A stretch of 58,021 nucleotides of DNA, the filler included, from Streblomastix strix (taxonomy: Eukaryota): NCBI GenBank assembly GCA_008636045.1. It is 3 parts of 3 records of this genome, joined end to end, with 100 filler letters (N's around TTAATTAATTAA, not from the genome) between each part and the next. Parts side by side here need not be neighbours in the genome. Positions count along the whole stretch, not along the records: positions 38,757 to 58,021 come from SNRW01000528.1; 2 more parts are not named here. One strand, given 5' to 3'. The translations under genes and the position numbers were made by a program. This document shows, one piece after another, positions 38,757 to 57,697 of the stretch. Numbering within the stretch: position 1 is the stretch's first letter; each line of letters begins with the position of its first letter. The notes under the pieces are model-generated. The model was not told where the DNA came from. It saw only the letters and a program-made list of their open reading frames with translations, and ran no database searches.

Positions 38757-41700
38757 TACCCTTATACTTATCCAGTCTACTGTGGATTCATTATCTTTGA
38801 TATTCCATCATCATTCGTTAATTCAAGGACTATCTGTGATATGGTTGTTTTGGGGACTGCTAGAAGCCTCTATAAACCTTGTTACCTCGTTTTATTCACA
38901 TGTTTGAATGCAATTACTGTTATTAATAATATTAGTAAGGATAATATGATGTTTAATACTGCAACTAACATTATAATAACAACTCTCATTAACATCTTTC
39001 TATTATTTACTAATGATGCATATTCCTGATTCGCTCTTTTAAACCCTTCAATTAATCCAGTTGGAACATTCAATATAATATTGGCTATTTTAGAATAAAG
39101 CATCTCGACCCTCATTTCATCTAAACTTCCTCCCAAATCTTATCCAATGAATCCTAATCTCTGCAGTCCAAGATATATTGATGTCTCACCCTGCCATTAT
39201 TCTGATATGACATCCTTATCATATGCAACATCAATCATATTAATATCTCTCTTCTCCCAGGGTTCAAATCCTTATTAATTGAATACTTATCCCAATTGAT
39301 CCAATACAGATTGTGAATTGGTGTAGAGGATCTTCTTACATTCAGCTAATGATGGAATAAATAATGGTATCTCAACACCTGGTTATTAATATGAAGGATG
39401 TACATGCATCATAAGACCTTTTGCATATATACTCATAATTCCTACTTGCCCATAGATATTACTCATCTGGATAAATCTGGTTATTCCATTCAGTGATTAG
39501 TACTATAAATAATAGAATAACAATATTGTTGCTAATGACGATGCAATTATTAACAAATGAAGTATAAGTTATATTGGTACATAGAATGTTATTATGCTCC
39601 TTTAATAGACCTTATGTTTCTTCTTTAAATCTTCTTCATTATCTTCTTCATTATCTTCTTCTTCTTCTTCCTCCTCTTTCTCAGAATCTGAATCTGAATC
39701 ATCTGAATTCTTATGTTTCTTCTTCTTCTTATCTTCTTATTCTTTATTATTATTATTATTATTATTATCTTTGTTATCAATATTATTATCTTATTAACTC
39801 TTTTAATCATCATCATATTATTCTGACTTAGTATTTGATTCATATTCACTCACTGCTGATCTCTCTGAAAATGGAGACTTACTTTGTGAAATGAATTCTG
39901 AGTTGTAATTTGACCTGAAGTTGTCCTTATTTGATACTTCACTTTTAAATGAGCTTCTGGCGGAGTCTGGATTTCCATATTTTACATTCAACAATCCTTT
40001 TTATTGATTGTTATCATCTTTTCCTTTATTCCTGTCCTATTATTTATCTTTATCCAAATTCTTATCTTTATTTGTTTCCTACTATTTCTTCTAATGTTTA
40101 TCTTTATCCTTCTTGCTCAGACTCTGGTTAGTCTTTGTTTGTGTGCCAAATGCGCTGAATGATCCAGATTACCCTCCATTCATCTCCACAATCTCATCAG
40201 CCCTCTTTATTAGTAAGTCTGCTTATTATTAATCTCTAAGGACCTTCTTCAACAGTGATGCATACATTCTGATTAAGCGAGCATTGTTAGGAAACATCTC
40301 AAGTAATGATTCGTATAACTTACTAGCTCTATTCTCATTGTACACAATCTAAGACAGCAACAAAGGTAATCTATAATACTCCACTCTTGGTGATAGAAGA
40401 GCGACCCAGAATTCTTTTGCCCACATAACTGATTATTCATGTAACTTAGTTGCTTCATCCAACTACTGTCTTGCAGCCAATGATTTAACTGCAGATTATC
40501 TTCCAGTCTTTTGAGTGTCTTCGTTAGTCTACCCACCAATCATACTCATTGACTGATTCTATGATCCCCATAATGTGGCAGTTCCCATACTTTTATCTCC
40601 TTCCTGTTATTATGGGTTCAGAATTGTCTTCCCAAATAGAGTATTGGTTCCATTTCCTTCCTATGATTATCCTTACTTCCCTTGTAGGATGTTATATGCT
40701 ACTCCAGGTGCTGATGATGTGGATGTTACTGTTGAATCCTGGTTATCTCCTTCAATCTCCATAAGTTGTGCTTCAAATGATTGAGCTTCTTATGTTAATT
40801 GTATATGGGATTGAACTATGAATTTAAGTGGGAGCGAGGGATCATATGAACTAATCATCTTAATCATTCGATCTGCTTTTATTGGAGATTTCTTATAAAC
40901 TTTGAGTATAATTGAGTCCAGAAACATTAGTTTGGTGTTATCTTTATTCCTATCCATAGCTAATTTGAGTATCTATTCTACATATCTCATATGTCTTAAT
41001 GATCTCAATTGTTTATTCTATAAGAATCTTAATGATGCTTCTACTCTATATACTTTGATCATCTTAGGTAACATATTGCGTATATCTTCTTTATGAGGTC
41101 TCTTTAGACCATCCTGTTCCCATCTCCCCATTAAAGGCTCTTTCTCTTTATCCAATAAACATAGACTCAGTTTATTATACCATTTATGAACATATAAAGA
41201 TACTATTATAGATAGAACTATAGATAATAATATTATTAATGACCATAGTAGGATGTGCTTCCATAATTATGTTCCTATGAAATAAGCTGGTTAATATGAT
41301 ATATAATATAATAAATATAATAAATATAATATATATAATATATATTCATACATATCTCTCCTCCGCATCTCAGAATAGTGAATGATGTATATCCAACACA
41401 CAACCATATATTGGCTACTTCATGATAGTATGGTATTCTCCATATAGTGTATATAAGTATTATAACACTCCCTAATATACTAATTATAGCTCTCCATCCT
41501 CTGTTATATGCACTTAAGAATAGGCTTATATTCATTATAGATATATATACTCCTATTATAGCTCCAGGAGTGCTATCTATTCTTGAGCTCAATCCTCCAT
41601 GTCTTGGATCCCAGGGGTATATAAATATTCTATATATGATATGTGAGAGAGATATCAAGATTGATATTAATGCACCAAGACTGGCTATTATTGCATGGCC

Positions 41701-42502
41701 TATTGACCTGTATTATAAATATAAATGTAGATTATCATATACTGAATAATTAATGTATTATAACATACCAACATTTGACTGTTTCATTCATTCGGAGTAC
41801 TCCTCCAGGACAATCAAACATACTCATTAGTATTGAAAGAGAAGGAATAGTTCTTAATATTGAATAGAATAGAATTGAATAAAATAAATAGAACATTAAT
41901 CAAATGAATAATTAATATAAATGAATCATACAATATATGAAAATAAAACCAGATAAAACTCCTATGTACATCCTCCACCCAAGGAACTGAAGTGATTATT
42001 ATTCTATGGGTCAATCCAACTATCAATGTCATAACTACTACAACAATGAATAATGCATAGACAATCACACTAGCTATAATATGACCATTGGGAAGCAAGT
42101 TAATAAACCCTGGACCATGTATTGCACCAAATAACTATTTAGTAGATTGAATAATATGAGTAAAAAAAAGTATTATATTTATATGTAAAGTGAATATATG
42201 AATAGAATATTATGCATACAACATTAAATATTTTAATTCCTGAAAAGTTAGCTCCATATAAAGCCATGCAGAGGTATTCAATTGTGATAACCACCCATGT
42301 GAATATAAATCTTCTTTTTCTAGGGTTATAAGGCTTTAAGGAGCAATTTTGTTATTTATTTAAATAAAAATTAAATAAAGTTAAATATTTATTATTAAAA
42401 TAAAGTTTTAAAAACCTGATCGTACAACGGATAGAGCAGGAGAAAGAAAATCTAATCTATTCCAAGTCTTTTAGTGTGTGAATAATCAATACTCCTGCTC
42501 AT
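38757..42502 (-). CDS. TmcB/TmcC-like multi-pass membrane protein (spliced, 3'-partial, start approximate)
   Basis: N-terminal TM bundle (WRIPYYHEVAN), TPR-like KEFWVALL..YESLLEMFPNNARLIRMYASLL..VLRD, low-complexity linker, further TM segments; GT-AG introns. Confidence 0.65.
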
Positions 42503-42735
42503 TGAATCTACAATAGTGAATAAAATAAATAATAATAAATAAATCAGTAAAATGTTTATATTTTATTGACTATCAAAATAAATAGAAGGTGGGATGCTGA
42601 TTATTCAGTAATTCATATGTCTTTCTATTTTAACCAGCTATTATACTTAAAAAATTGATTTTTTAACGATATACAAATTTAAATTATGATAATTTTGCAT
42701 TATTTGTTCTGTTATTTATTATTATACTTATTTGA

Positions 42736-42960
42736 TCGTGATTAAAATGAATTTTAAAATTGAAAAAATTTTGATGAGATTTTCAGTTATTAATAAATTG
42801 AAATATTTGAAATATCTAATAAAATTGATAGTATAAAAATAATTAAGTTAATGTTTGTTAATTATTGAAATGTTTAATAGCATCAGAAAGGATGTTATAG
42901 CTTTTGCAAGTTGTTTTATTTTGTTTTTGTTTATAAATTAGTAAAAATATATGCATATTA
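42736..42960. repeat. Dispersed non-coding repeat (second copy ~47003-47230)
   Basis: Shared TCGTGATTAAAATGAATTT...AATAATTAAGTTAAT...ATCAGAAAGGATG...TAGTAAAAA. Confidence 0.6.
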
Positions 42961-43116
42961 TTAGAAATGAACAAATTTATGTCATTTAATAATATTTTTT
43001 ATAATATTATGTTTACAGAAACCGTCAATGCTTTAAAAAAATAAAACAATTTTTTTGAAATATATTTGAAAATAGATAATGTTTATTAATATAAGGTATT
43101 ATATTATTGGCTCCAT

Positions 43117-46100
43117 TCATTTTGGTAAAACAAAACCACCCTTCTAAATCATTGTACGGTTTTCTTTATGAAAAATAATAAGTAAAAAAGTAATATTATT
43201 AAAAATAATTCATACGGCTATTCTGGGAGAGATATTAAAGTGCAAGTTTTGCATAGTTCATCGTCCAATCATCAGAATCATTTAGTAGCGATTTCAAATG
43301 AGTGAATATTTCTAATTTCATTTCATTATCAACAATTTCACGAGATCTGTAAAGAAATCCAATGATTATTGCAATTGTGTCTTTGATTATTGTACTCGAA
43401 TTTTCCGACTTGAATGTTTTGAAGAGTTATTGAATTCCATTGTTTTCATTGATAACAGTAAAATGTGGATGATGTGATTTTGATTCAGTTGATGCAGCTC
43501 CTGAACTAATGAGGTTGAAAATTGAGAGAACAGCATCTTCAATAACATCAGTATTTGAGTGATCAAGAAGATGAATTAATGGTTAATATGGTTTTTTCTT
43601 ATAAATTAATAGTTTAGTTTCATCATTAGAAGGATTTGTAAGTACATAGAATGCGTGAGTAAGCAATGATGTTATTGAATTCAATTCGTTTGTCATAAAT
43701 GTATTGAGAAAAGCTTCAATAATTCCTGATTAAATAAAGAGTTGTCTAATTTAATCTTCCTCTTTATGCTCAAGAATAGCTAAAAGAAATATGCAATCAT
43801 CTTATATTTATGAATTAATCCATTTCACTTATTCCTCTTTTCCTTCAATTCTTACATTAAGATCATTCACAATCTTATTTATATCAAAGTTATTCAAAAT
43901 TTCTCTGAAATTAGCTATGATTTATTAAATATAATATAAATAAATTTGAATTTATATTTATTAAATCATATATAATAAATTTTTTCAAACCATCATTTTA
44001 TGCAAGATAACTTAGTGCGTCTTTAGCATCGAATTTTGAATTTACATCAGATGCATTGATGATTGAAATGAGATGTGTTATTATCTTATTTCTCTGTTCA
44101 ATATTAAGGATTTCATGTCCTCTGAATAGATGACTTATACAGATTGAAGATCGATCTTTTGAATACTGACTCATGTTCCTATCAAACAAACTAAATAGTT
44201 TATTAATTCCATCACACGCTTAGATAGAACCAATGTGCGGATGTGGAGATGTTGATTTGGTTGAAGATGATCCATCAATCAAAATGTTGAATATTGATCC
44301 AATTACCCTGTTGATAATAAATACGTCACTGTGATCAATTAAACGAAAAAGTGCTGAATACGGTTTCTTAGAATATAATAACTTATTTATTTCATCATTT
44401 GAGTATGTGAAGATAAAGAATGCCCAGATATGTGAAACTTATATTCTCTCCAGAGGATGAATTGATAAGAAATGAATAAGAGCATCAACAATGCCACATT
44501 CAATTGCTTATTTCTTTCTTTCATCATTTATCCCTCCAATAAGAAGAGTGATAATCTTCTAACAGGTATTTCTCTTATTTATTATTATTTCTTATTATTA
44601 TTAATCATTCCCTGTTTCTTCTTATTCAAGATCATTCTTCATCTGAATCCAATCATCTTTCTTTATTTCAATGTTAAATTATGGATTATTCAGGCATTTT
44701 AATAATTATTCTACTTCTTCTCCAAATAATTTCAGCTTTTACTCTATTTTTATTTTCCTTGATTCATTTTCTATTACTCTCACTTCTTGAATTCTAATTT
44801 ATTCACTCAATTGTTATTTCTCTTATTCATATTCAATTCTCTTCTACTAATCTGCTTCTTATGTCCTTTTATCATTATCTTTCATTTATTATTCAATAAT
44901 TCTTATTCTCTCATCTGCATTTCTTTTATTTACTTCAGATTCTTTTAATTATCCTTCCAGTTATGTCATTCTTTCTTCAACTTATCTTTTGCTTTATTCA
45001 ACTTAACTCTTTTTCATTTCCATTTCTCTTCTACTATTCTCTGCAATACGATAATTTTCATCTGATTATCTTTTTCCTTATTCAGCTGTTTATATTCTAT
45101 ATTCTAATTATCTCAGCCTTTGCTCAGAATTTCGAACTCTTTCTTCGGCTTCAATCTTCTTTTATTCTGCATATCTTCTGCTCTCTTCTGATTGTCTTAA
45201 TCTTTATTCTGAAACTCGAATTCTTTCTTCATCAACTTTCTGGATCTTCATTTGTTTCTTCTGCTCTTCAACAATTCGTAACTTTTCAAAAGATTCTCTT
45301 TTCTCCCTTTCTAATATTCTGATCCTGTCTTCAAATAATCTGACATTCTCTTCTGCTTATTTCTTTTTCATTTCTTCTTGCCTCTTATCTTCTTATGATT
45401 TACGAGTTTGTTCTTCTGCTGATATTCTTCTTCTTTCTTCCTCTTTCTTTTTCTATTCACTTTCATTTAATTTCATTTATAATTCTTTCAATTATTTATT
45501 GATTTATTATTAATCTTAATGTCCTTCTTATTTTTTATCTTATTCATCTTCTTCAGATTCAAATACAGATAATAACATTCTCGCCTTCTATTTAATCGCT
45601 TTTTATGATCCTTGTTTCTTCAACTACTAAAGAGCATCCTGAATCTTAGAAGATTTCTAGATCTTTTCAGATGCTACTGTCATCAGCTTGTCTATAACTT
45701 CAAGAATACTCATTACTATTGAAGAAGATATTTATACTAATGAAGTTGAAGATGAAGATGAAGATGAAGATTATGCATTTAGAGATCTAAGCAGAGTTTA
45801 GGCTGCATTGTCTGCAAAATTTATTTGCATCAATCCATTAACAGCATTTTCACTTCTCTCAATCAAACAAATCAAAGCTACTTTTCCAGTTTATGTAATT
45901 CCTTCATCTGAAGACTTAAACAAATAATATATTAATAAATAAATAAATAAATAATATTTTGAATATGAAATTAAGCATACAAGAAGTAATGCAACCAATG
46001 ATGAACACACACTTGTCCAATCTAATTCACCAATACTTGAAACTTCTAACTATCCAATTATACCAATTAAAACTGCGCATAATTACTATAATGCAGAAAT

Positions 46101-46550
46101 TAATAATATAAATGTAAAAATTAATTTAAATAAAAATTAAACCATTTTCATACTTTGATCCTTGGGTTCTAAGATTAACTAAGCAATAAACTACTAGCTT
46201 CAATAGCTCCACTTTCTTTGGTTAAATTTATTACATTTTCAGCTATTTATTCAAATAAATATTAATAACAATAAATAATAAGTAATTAAACACCATTAAT
46301 AGTAAGTATAATAATCTATTGCAATGCAGCAATTTGATCATCTTCTGAAATCCCTGTCTATCGAACCCTAAGAACTAGTTATGCTATTTATGAAATAGTC
46401 TTAATATTTAAGGAAAAAATACAATAAAAGGAGCTAAAAACTATTAAAATAACACACAGAATTAGAAGTTTCCTAGTGAATCCATATTGAATTTGTTTAT
46501 TATTGGATTCTATTCCCTCTCAAAGATACTTCCATTCTATCATCTGCCAT
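43117..46550 (-). CDS. ARM-like repeat protein with central coiled coil (multi-exon)
   Basis: Two repeats of KKPY..L..L.DHS...HPH...GI..LF...YLAQN, an E/K/Q/R coiled coil at ~44700-45480, and C-terminal ENRTMIQKGGFVLPK*. Confidence 0.7.
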
Positions 46551-46664
46551 TTGCAAAAATATTTCTATTGAAAAAAATTAATAGATTAATTTTATTCAAA
46601 TAAAATAAAATAATATGTTTTTATAATCAAATAATAATAAAATATTAGTTTTTGTACTTTAAGA

Positions 46665-46995
46665 CAGTGGTTTTCCTAAGAGAAAATGAGCGGAGTAGAT
46701 GAAAATTATATGGAGTAGATATAAAAAATGAGTGTAGTATAAATGAAATATAATTGATTATCTGCTAGTCTATGCGAGGCCAGAAGGGCCGAGAAAATAA
46801 TTTTTTTTGTATTAATTGCAAATATTAAGGTAATTCGTGAGGCCCGAAGGGCGGTGCGAGAAATTTGTAGTTGCTATTCGTATTATTAAATATTTTATAT
46901 TGAATGAGTGGAGTAGGAGAGGCATTTGAGTGGAGTAATTAAACCCGTTTGAGCGGAGTAACCTACTCCGCTCCAAAGACTTAGGAAAACCGCTG
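46665..46995. mobile_element. hAT-like MITE (331 bp)
   Basis: 16-bp TIRs CAGTGGTTTTCCTAAG / CTTAGGAAAACCGCTG; flanks CTTTAAGA / TTTTAAGT (6/8, decayed TSD); multiple GAGYGGAGTA subterminal repeats. Confidence 0.8.
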
Positions 46996-47787
46996 TTTTA
47001 AGTCGTGATTAAAATGAATTTAAAATTGTAAATTTTAGAATTGGATTTTTGTAGCTAAAAAATTATAAAATTTATTATATAAAATGAAAACGATAATATA
47101 AAAATAATTAAGTTAATATATGATGACTAACGAAATATTTAATTGTATCAGAAAGGATGGAAAACCTCAAAAAGTTATTTAATCTTGTTTTAGATTAAAA
47201 ATAGTAAAAAAATGTGTAAATTATTTTGATTTTTATTAAGTATTGATAGTTTTAAAGATTTTAAAATTTAAATATATTAATAAAATAAAATTACAGTACC
47301 AATTCAATTTCGAATCTATTTTAATACTTTCAAAAAATAATTTTCTGCTCTTGTCTAGTTCTATCTTAAATAAATCATACATTATTTTATAATTATTATA
47401 TGTAGTTTATTATTTAATCTACAAATTATATATGAAATGCAACAGGAAATGTGTTGTTTATCATCATTTTTTAGCATAAGCAGTCTTCATGAGCTTCTAC
47501 ATAGCCCTTTACTATACTTAAGAGAAGATATTGTTATGATAATTAATGAATTTATAACAATTTTACACAGAATTGATCCACTAAGTGAAATGCAATATTT
47601 TTTGAGCCAAAAACAAGAATTTTACATGAATTATTGATTTGATGAATATTTTCTAATTAAAAATCAGTTCTTATTATCTATTACAAAACTTTACAATATA
47701 AAAATATAAATTAACGTTCTATTTTCAATATATTGTATTATATATTATTGATTTTTATTTTTTTCATTTATTTAATTCTTTGTTTAG

Positions 47788-52258
<4,471 letters not shown>

Positions 52259-52391
52259 GACACTAATCATGATTATCGTTTGTTTCAGTTATTTAAATCG
52301 AATTTATATATACGTACAAATAATTAATAAAAATTCTAGTAATATATATAACATAATAATAATATTAATACAAATTTCTTTGATCAATTTT

Positions 52392-55123
52392 TCATTTTTC
52401 TTATCGATATTGCAGACTTTCAACTACCTCAGATACTTCAAGAATCGCTTTTGCTGTGATCCTCTAAGTAGGGTTCTATTTGATATTGATAATGAATATA
52501 AATCAATCAATAAATAAATTGAAAAATATTATTAATTAACAAACTTTTATTAACATTTGTTTGATTAAATTTCTCATTTTCAAAGGATAGTTGTTTGGGA
52601 GCTCAGCTGGTTTATTTTCAATTACATTCTTGATAAAATCCTTATGCGAAAATTTTTTCTTCAAATAAATAATATTATATTATAAAATAAAATAAGTTAT
52701 TAGTTATAATTATAAATTTATATGAAAAAAAATTATAGTAATCAAACTAAAATTTGTATGAATGGATGAGTTAGAGCTAGCAGTTCATAAAGCACAATTC
52801 CTACTGCCCAAATATCAGATGCGAATCCTTATATTGGCTTTCTATCACAAAAAAATAAGAACGAAAAATTAATAAAAAGCAATTAAAGATCAGATCTAAA
52901 AATAAAATAAAAATAATTTATACATTTATTATTCATTTAAATTAGCATCAACATCTCCTTTATCTTTATCTTTTTCTATTCCTTCTACATTTTAAGCTTC
53001 AATTTAATCTTTGTATTTATCAGGGTCAAGAAGCTCAGGTGCTTAATAAATACTGAATGAAAATAATTATTGAAATTAATTTTAATAATTTCACTAAACA
53101 TTTTATTATTATTTATTTAATTTTTTAATAATAATATTCAATTTTAATATTACAGTCAATAAAGCCGAAATTAACAATGGTAACTTTATACATCCAAAGT
53201 GAGATGATTTGAATAATAGATGAAAATGATTTCAATAATACTTTTATAAATCATTTCAATTAAGTTGTTTTAATTTTTTTTTAGTTTTTAATATTATTAA
53301 TTGTTTATATTTAATGAATCACTCATACTATATAATATATTTATCGATATTTAAACTATTAATCACTCAGCTACAATAAAAAGAAAGAGTTAATAAAACA
53401 TTATTATTATTTTTTAAACTTTTTATTATTTGGACACGAACAGTAATTATCATAATTCAAAATTCTTCTTTAAACTTTGAAAAAACCCTTCCTTATTCAA
53501 ATTGTACCTTAATGTTCTTGTAAAAATCTATTATTTATCTAATCACTCTTTAAATACTTTAATATAACCATCATTTATTAATTATGCTGATAGAACAATA
53601 CGTGCTACAGTAAATTCATCTTAATTCTGGAATTGTAGCGATTCAATCTCAAATGTTGTTCCTTCTTCAATAAAATGCTCTTTAAGTTCGTGATTAAATT
53701 CAAGAGTGTTTAAAAAGTGTTTTTCTTAGTTATATTTATCCATGATTTTCAATATTAATTCAACAGCTTCTTCTATTATCAAATTATTTTATTCCGTAGA
53801 TCCACCACACGCTCCTATTAATGCTGTTAGAACTGAAAGAAGTTTGTATTAATTCAAGAGATTCTTATGAGAATATTCTGGACAAAAACGATACATGTCT
53901 GTAAATATATCTAATATTTCTAATTTGAATTATTCTTATTATTTACTTGCAACTAGTTCTTATTCTGAACAAAACTAGAACGTTGCTAACTGAATTATAT
54001 TAGGAACCAAACATGGAGCAATACCATCTAATTATGAAAAATCTAACTTACAACCAATCAATTAGTCAAAAAAGGAGATTACATAATAAATCACATCAGA
54101 ATTATACTATGGCTCTGAAAGGATTTTATTTACTGATGATACTTGAACTAGTGAAGTTGATTACTTGTCATTCTATTAAATAATTTATGTTCCTGAGCTG
54201 TGATTCTTCAAGTAGCTGGTCAGAATTTGCTCAATATGCTTAATAATATCATGAGATTGAGAAATTTAGTACCGCTTTTTAATATCAAAAAGCAATGGAT
54301 TACTTAACAAAGTGAATATGGATTATTAAAGATGATTAGCTATTTTAACTGGTAAATTGATTGATTGCTAACAATTGAGTTATTCTGGGCAATTTAAATG
54401 AAACAATGTAAGGAGATAATCAAACAACTGCTGGTTGGTTTCATTACCTTTAAAATTACAATCAAAGAATTAATATAAAGATGAATTGGTTCTTAAAAAT
54501 GGAATTATTGTTCTAATAACTTCTTATTCTTAATCAACTGACTTTGAATTCTCATTATTTGTAGAACTTACTTATTTAATAATCCTAATTGCATTTTTAA
54601 AACTTTTATTAACTGTTGAATAGCAAATTTTAAGAAGTTCATTATTAATCTATCTATACCTCATTTAACAAAAATAGATACATAGAAGCTGAAGAGATGC
54701 TGTTTTTGGAGGTTTGTTATCATCTTCATTATCAGCTGCAACTTTTGAACGAATCAGATTTTCTATTGTTTATTCCAATTTACTTTGGATAATTATAGCT
54801 TTCAATTTATTCCAATATTCATCAGAATTACAAAATGATAATCTACAAACAATAACTTCAATCAAAGCGAGTAATTGGAGTTATAACTTTGTTTCAAGAT
54901 TCTTAATTTTATTTTGAAAGAATGAACACATTTACTCATCTACGCACGAATGAAGTTCTAATAAATCTGTTGAATCAGCATATTGATAGATTTTGTCCAG
55001 TTATTCACATTTCTCATTTTCTTGAGCTTCAGTTAACTGATCAGGTGTGAAAATGCTTGTAAGATTTTCAATATTTAGCTATTTCTTCACAGCAGGTTAA
55101 CTTTCAGGGACTTAAGAGGTCAT
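52392..55123 (-). CDS. Protein with C-terminal degenerate NEK-like kinase domain (pseudokinase or pseudogene)
   Basis: IVNFG (DFG position), YQAPELL, SDIWAVGIVLYELLALTHPF, NPTQRITA; N-lobe and HRD motifs not recognisable; introns present. Confidence 0.5.
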
Positions 55124-56347
55124 GAATTTGTACTGACTATCTATTAAATGAAAAATCATTAAATATTATTAAGATGCAATAAAGATTATAATTTAGAATT
55201 ATAATATAAGTATGTGAAAAAATAGTTTTTCGTGAATGGATATAAATGTATGCGAAATCAATAATATATTATAAACCGGATTAAATTGTAATAGTATGAT
55301 GTTTATGATGTGAAATCTATTTTGTAAAATTAAATTTTTGGTAAATTGCGGATTAATTTTATTTTATATTATTTCGTGCGCGATGCTCATATAAATACAT
55401 TATTATTGGTTAAAATATTAATAAATCCAATAGTAAAACACAAAATCCACATAAACAGATAATTAGTACTGTATCACAGGAGGAAAACGGTAATGACGGG
55501 ATTTCTGTGAAGTCATTATCAGCACATGTTTACATTATCTCAAATATATGTACAACATATAATAATTATTTTAGTATTATTTATAATATTTTAAACATAA
55601 TTTAAATAACCAAGTAAAAAATAGATTTTTTTAAATTCAAAATTACAAAAGTTTGTAATAATAAGTAGCCATTCTCGGTGGGAAATGCATTATTTCAAAG
55701 TAGTGGTATATACAAAAATGACTATATATGTTCGCTGAAGACGAATATGTACCTTATATTTCGGGCATATTCAGTGGAGATGGCTGGACATGGCGTTTTT
55801 TGTTCAAAATTTGGTTTAATTTTTGTCTACTTTTGCATATCAAAAATTGTTGATATTTTGTTTTAATATGATAAATTTTAGTGTATTTATGATAGTTATT
55901 TGATATATTAGTGAGTAAACAAATTTATGAGTTCCAACTCTGTGATAAAGAGGTAATTAAACTGTGAATCTTCAGAGAGTTTTTTCTTTAGTATAATATT
56001 TATTTTACGATTTAATGATAAATGCAAACTAATAAGAAAATATATATCATAAACTTTTTATTGTTGAATGGAAATATGGTTGAAAGGGTGATGTAAAATC
56101 TCAAAAGATAAAATAAATTTGGTATCTTGTGCGCTATTAGGTAAAAAAATGAAGATTAACAACACATTTCCTGTTGCATTTCATATATAATTTGTAGATT
56201 AAATAATAAACAACACGTAACAATTATAATACAATGTTTGATTTATTTAAGATATAACTAGACAAGAGCAGATAATTATTTTTTGAAGATATTAAAATAG
56301 AATTGAAATTAATTTGGTACTGTAATTTTATTTTACTAAATGTTCGT

Positions 56348-56800
56348 TCATTCAGGAATCGTAAAGCCACCTTATTCAATCACTGCCCGATTAGCTGGAT
56401 ATGAAACAATAAGTATAAATAATATGAATATAATAATTCTGTTATTAGTAATCAATATGACACACCTTCATTCTATGCCAGATACTTCAATGTCAATCTT
56501 GCTTCCTTCTTTGCCCAGTTATCTTCTGTTGCTAATTACTTCAGATAAGTAATAAAGTCCTACCTCATAAATGGATCATATATCTCCCTTGATTTGAATA
56601 GATTTCCAAGACAGAGTGCAGCAATGTCTTTAATATGCAGAAAAGAAACCATTTCCTAATCTAACAAGAATTCTTGAACATTAGAATAAGATGATCAATT
56701 TTTATGCTATTTAAGCAATTGATAACATTCTTGCTGGTAGGAGTAACGAATCACACAGAAATAATATCCACAATTTAAAGAAGTTAAATAATATAAATAA
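56348..56800. pseudogene. ARM-like repeat gene fragment with an internal inversion
   Basis: Minus strand 56636-56348 gives IKDIAALCLGNLFKSREI...YLAQNE/NRAVIEQGGFTIPE*; plus strand from ~56637 gives AEKKPFPNLTRILEH...AIDNIL. Confidence 0.6.
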
Positions 56801-57624
56801 TATAGTATGAAGAAGTTGGGGACATGTTCAAAATCATTCATTTTCAAATCAATCTACCCGCGCTTAACGCACAGTCGTAGCCCTTTGATTTGAAAATACG
56901 TGATTCTGAACTATCCCCATCAAATCTTCATACTAATTCTCTATTAGACATATCAGAAAGCATTAATCCACAACACTAATACAAAGTATTAATAAATATC
57001 AATAATATGAACGATTTTTAGCAATTTGCACACATTAATCCACATGACTAATGAGTAAAAGTTCATTTATTCATTAATCCACAACGATTATTGACATGGC
57101 TAAATGTCCACGATTCTGAGCTATCACTATCAATTCGACATCTGTATATTTAATAAACATATCAAAAAGTAATATTTGTCAACAACCATAGTTGTAGTGG
57201 AAAAGCATACCTTAAAATGAACGATTTAAAAAATTTATGCAAAAATCACTTTCGCGATTGCAATAATCGTTGATGAAAAGCATTAATTGTCCACGAAAAC
57301 GATTTTAATTAATTATGACCATTACTGAAGTGTTTGTGGCGCTGCAAAGGATTATTCATTTTCGTTTACGATTTCAGCAAATGGTTATGGTAAATTGTGT
57401 AAAGTAATTATACCGTTAATCCTTATGATTATCTAGTGTTTCTAATATATTATTAAAAATAAATTAATGAGGAGCTAGCATTTATGCCGCCAACGGAGTT
57501 GGTATCGAATAAAGTTAATGGTTTTATTAAATTATGTTTTGTTGCTGGTATAATTGTTTGTTTGGCTAATATTTTTTAATAAATGTGTATTATTAATAAT
57601 TACAGTAATTTAGCACTTTTAATT

Positions 57625-57697
57625 GTGCAAGTAGCTTAGTGGTTAGATAGATGCATTTCCTATCTAGAGTCGTGGGTTCGAATCCCACTATGAGGGA
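57625..57697 (+). pseudogene. tRNA-like sequence (pseudo-tRNA or tRNA-derived element)
   Basis: A-box TAGCTTAGTGG, perfect T-arm GTGGG-TTCGAAT-CCCAC, downstream T5. The acceptor stem does not pair and the anticodon arm is non-canonical. Confidence 0.6.

Noticed and set aside
39574..45322. Plus-strand Tyr/Leu/Phe-rich ORFs in the supplied track
   Set aside because: They are antisense shadows of low-complexity or coiled-coil minus-strand genes read in the wrong genetic code.
56900..57310. Diverged ~210-bp duplication with CATTAATCCAC motifs
   Set aside because: Too degenerate to assign a function or reading frame.
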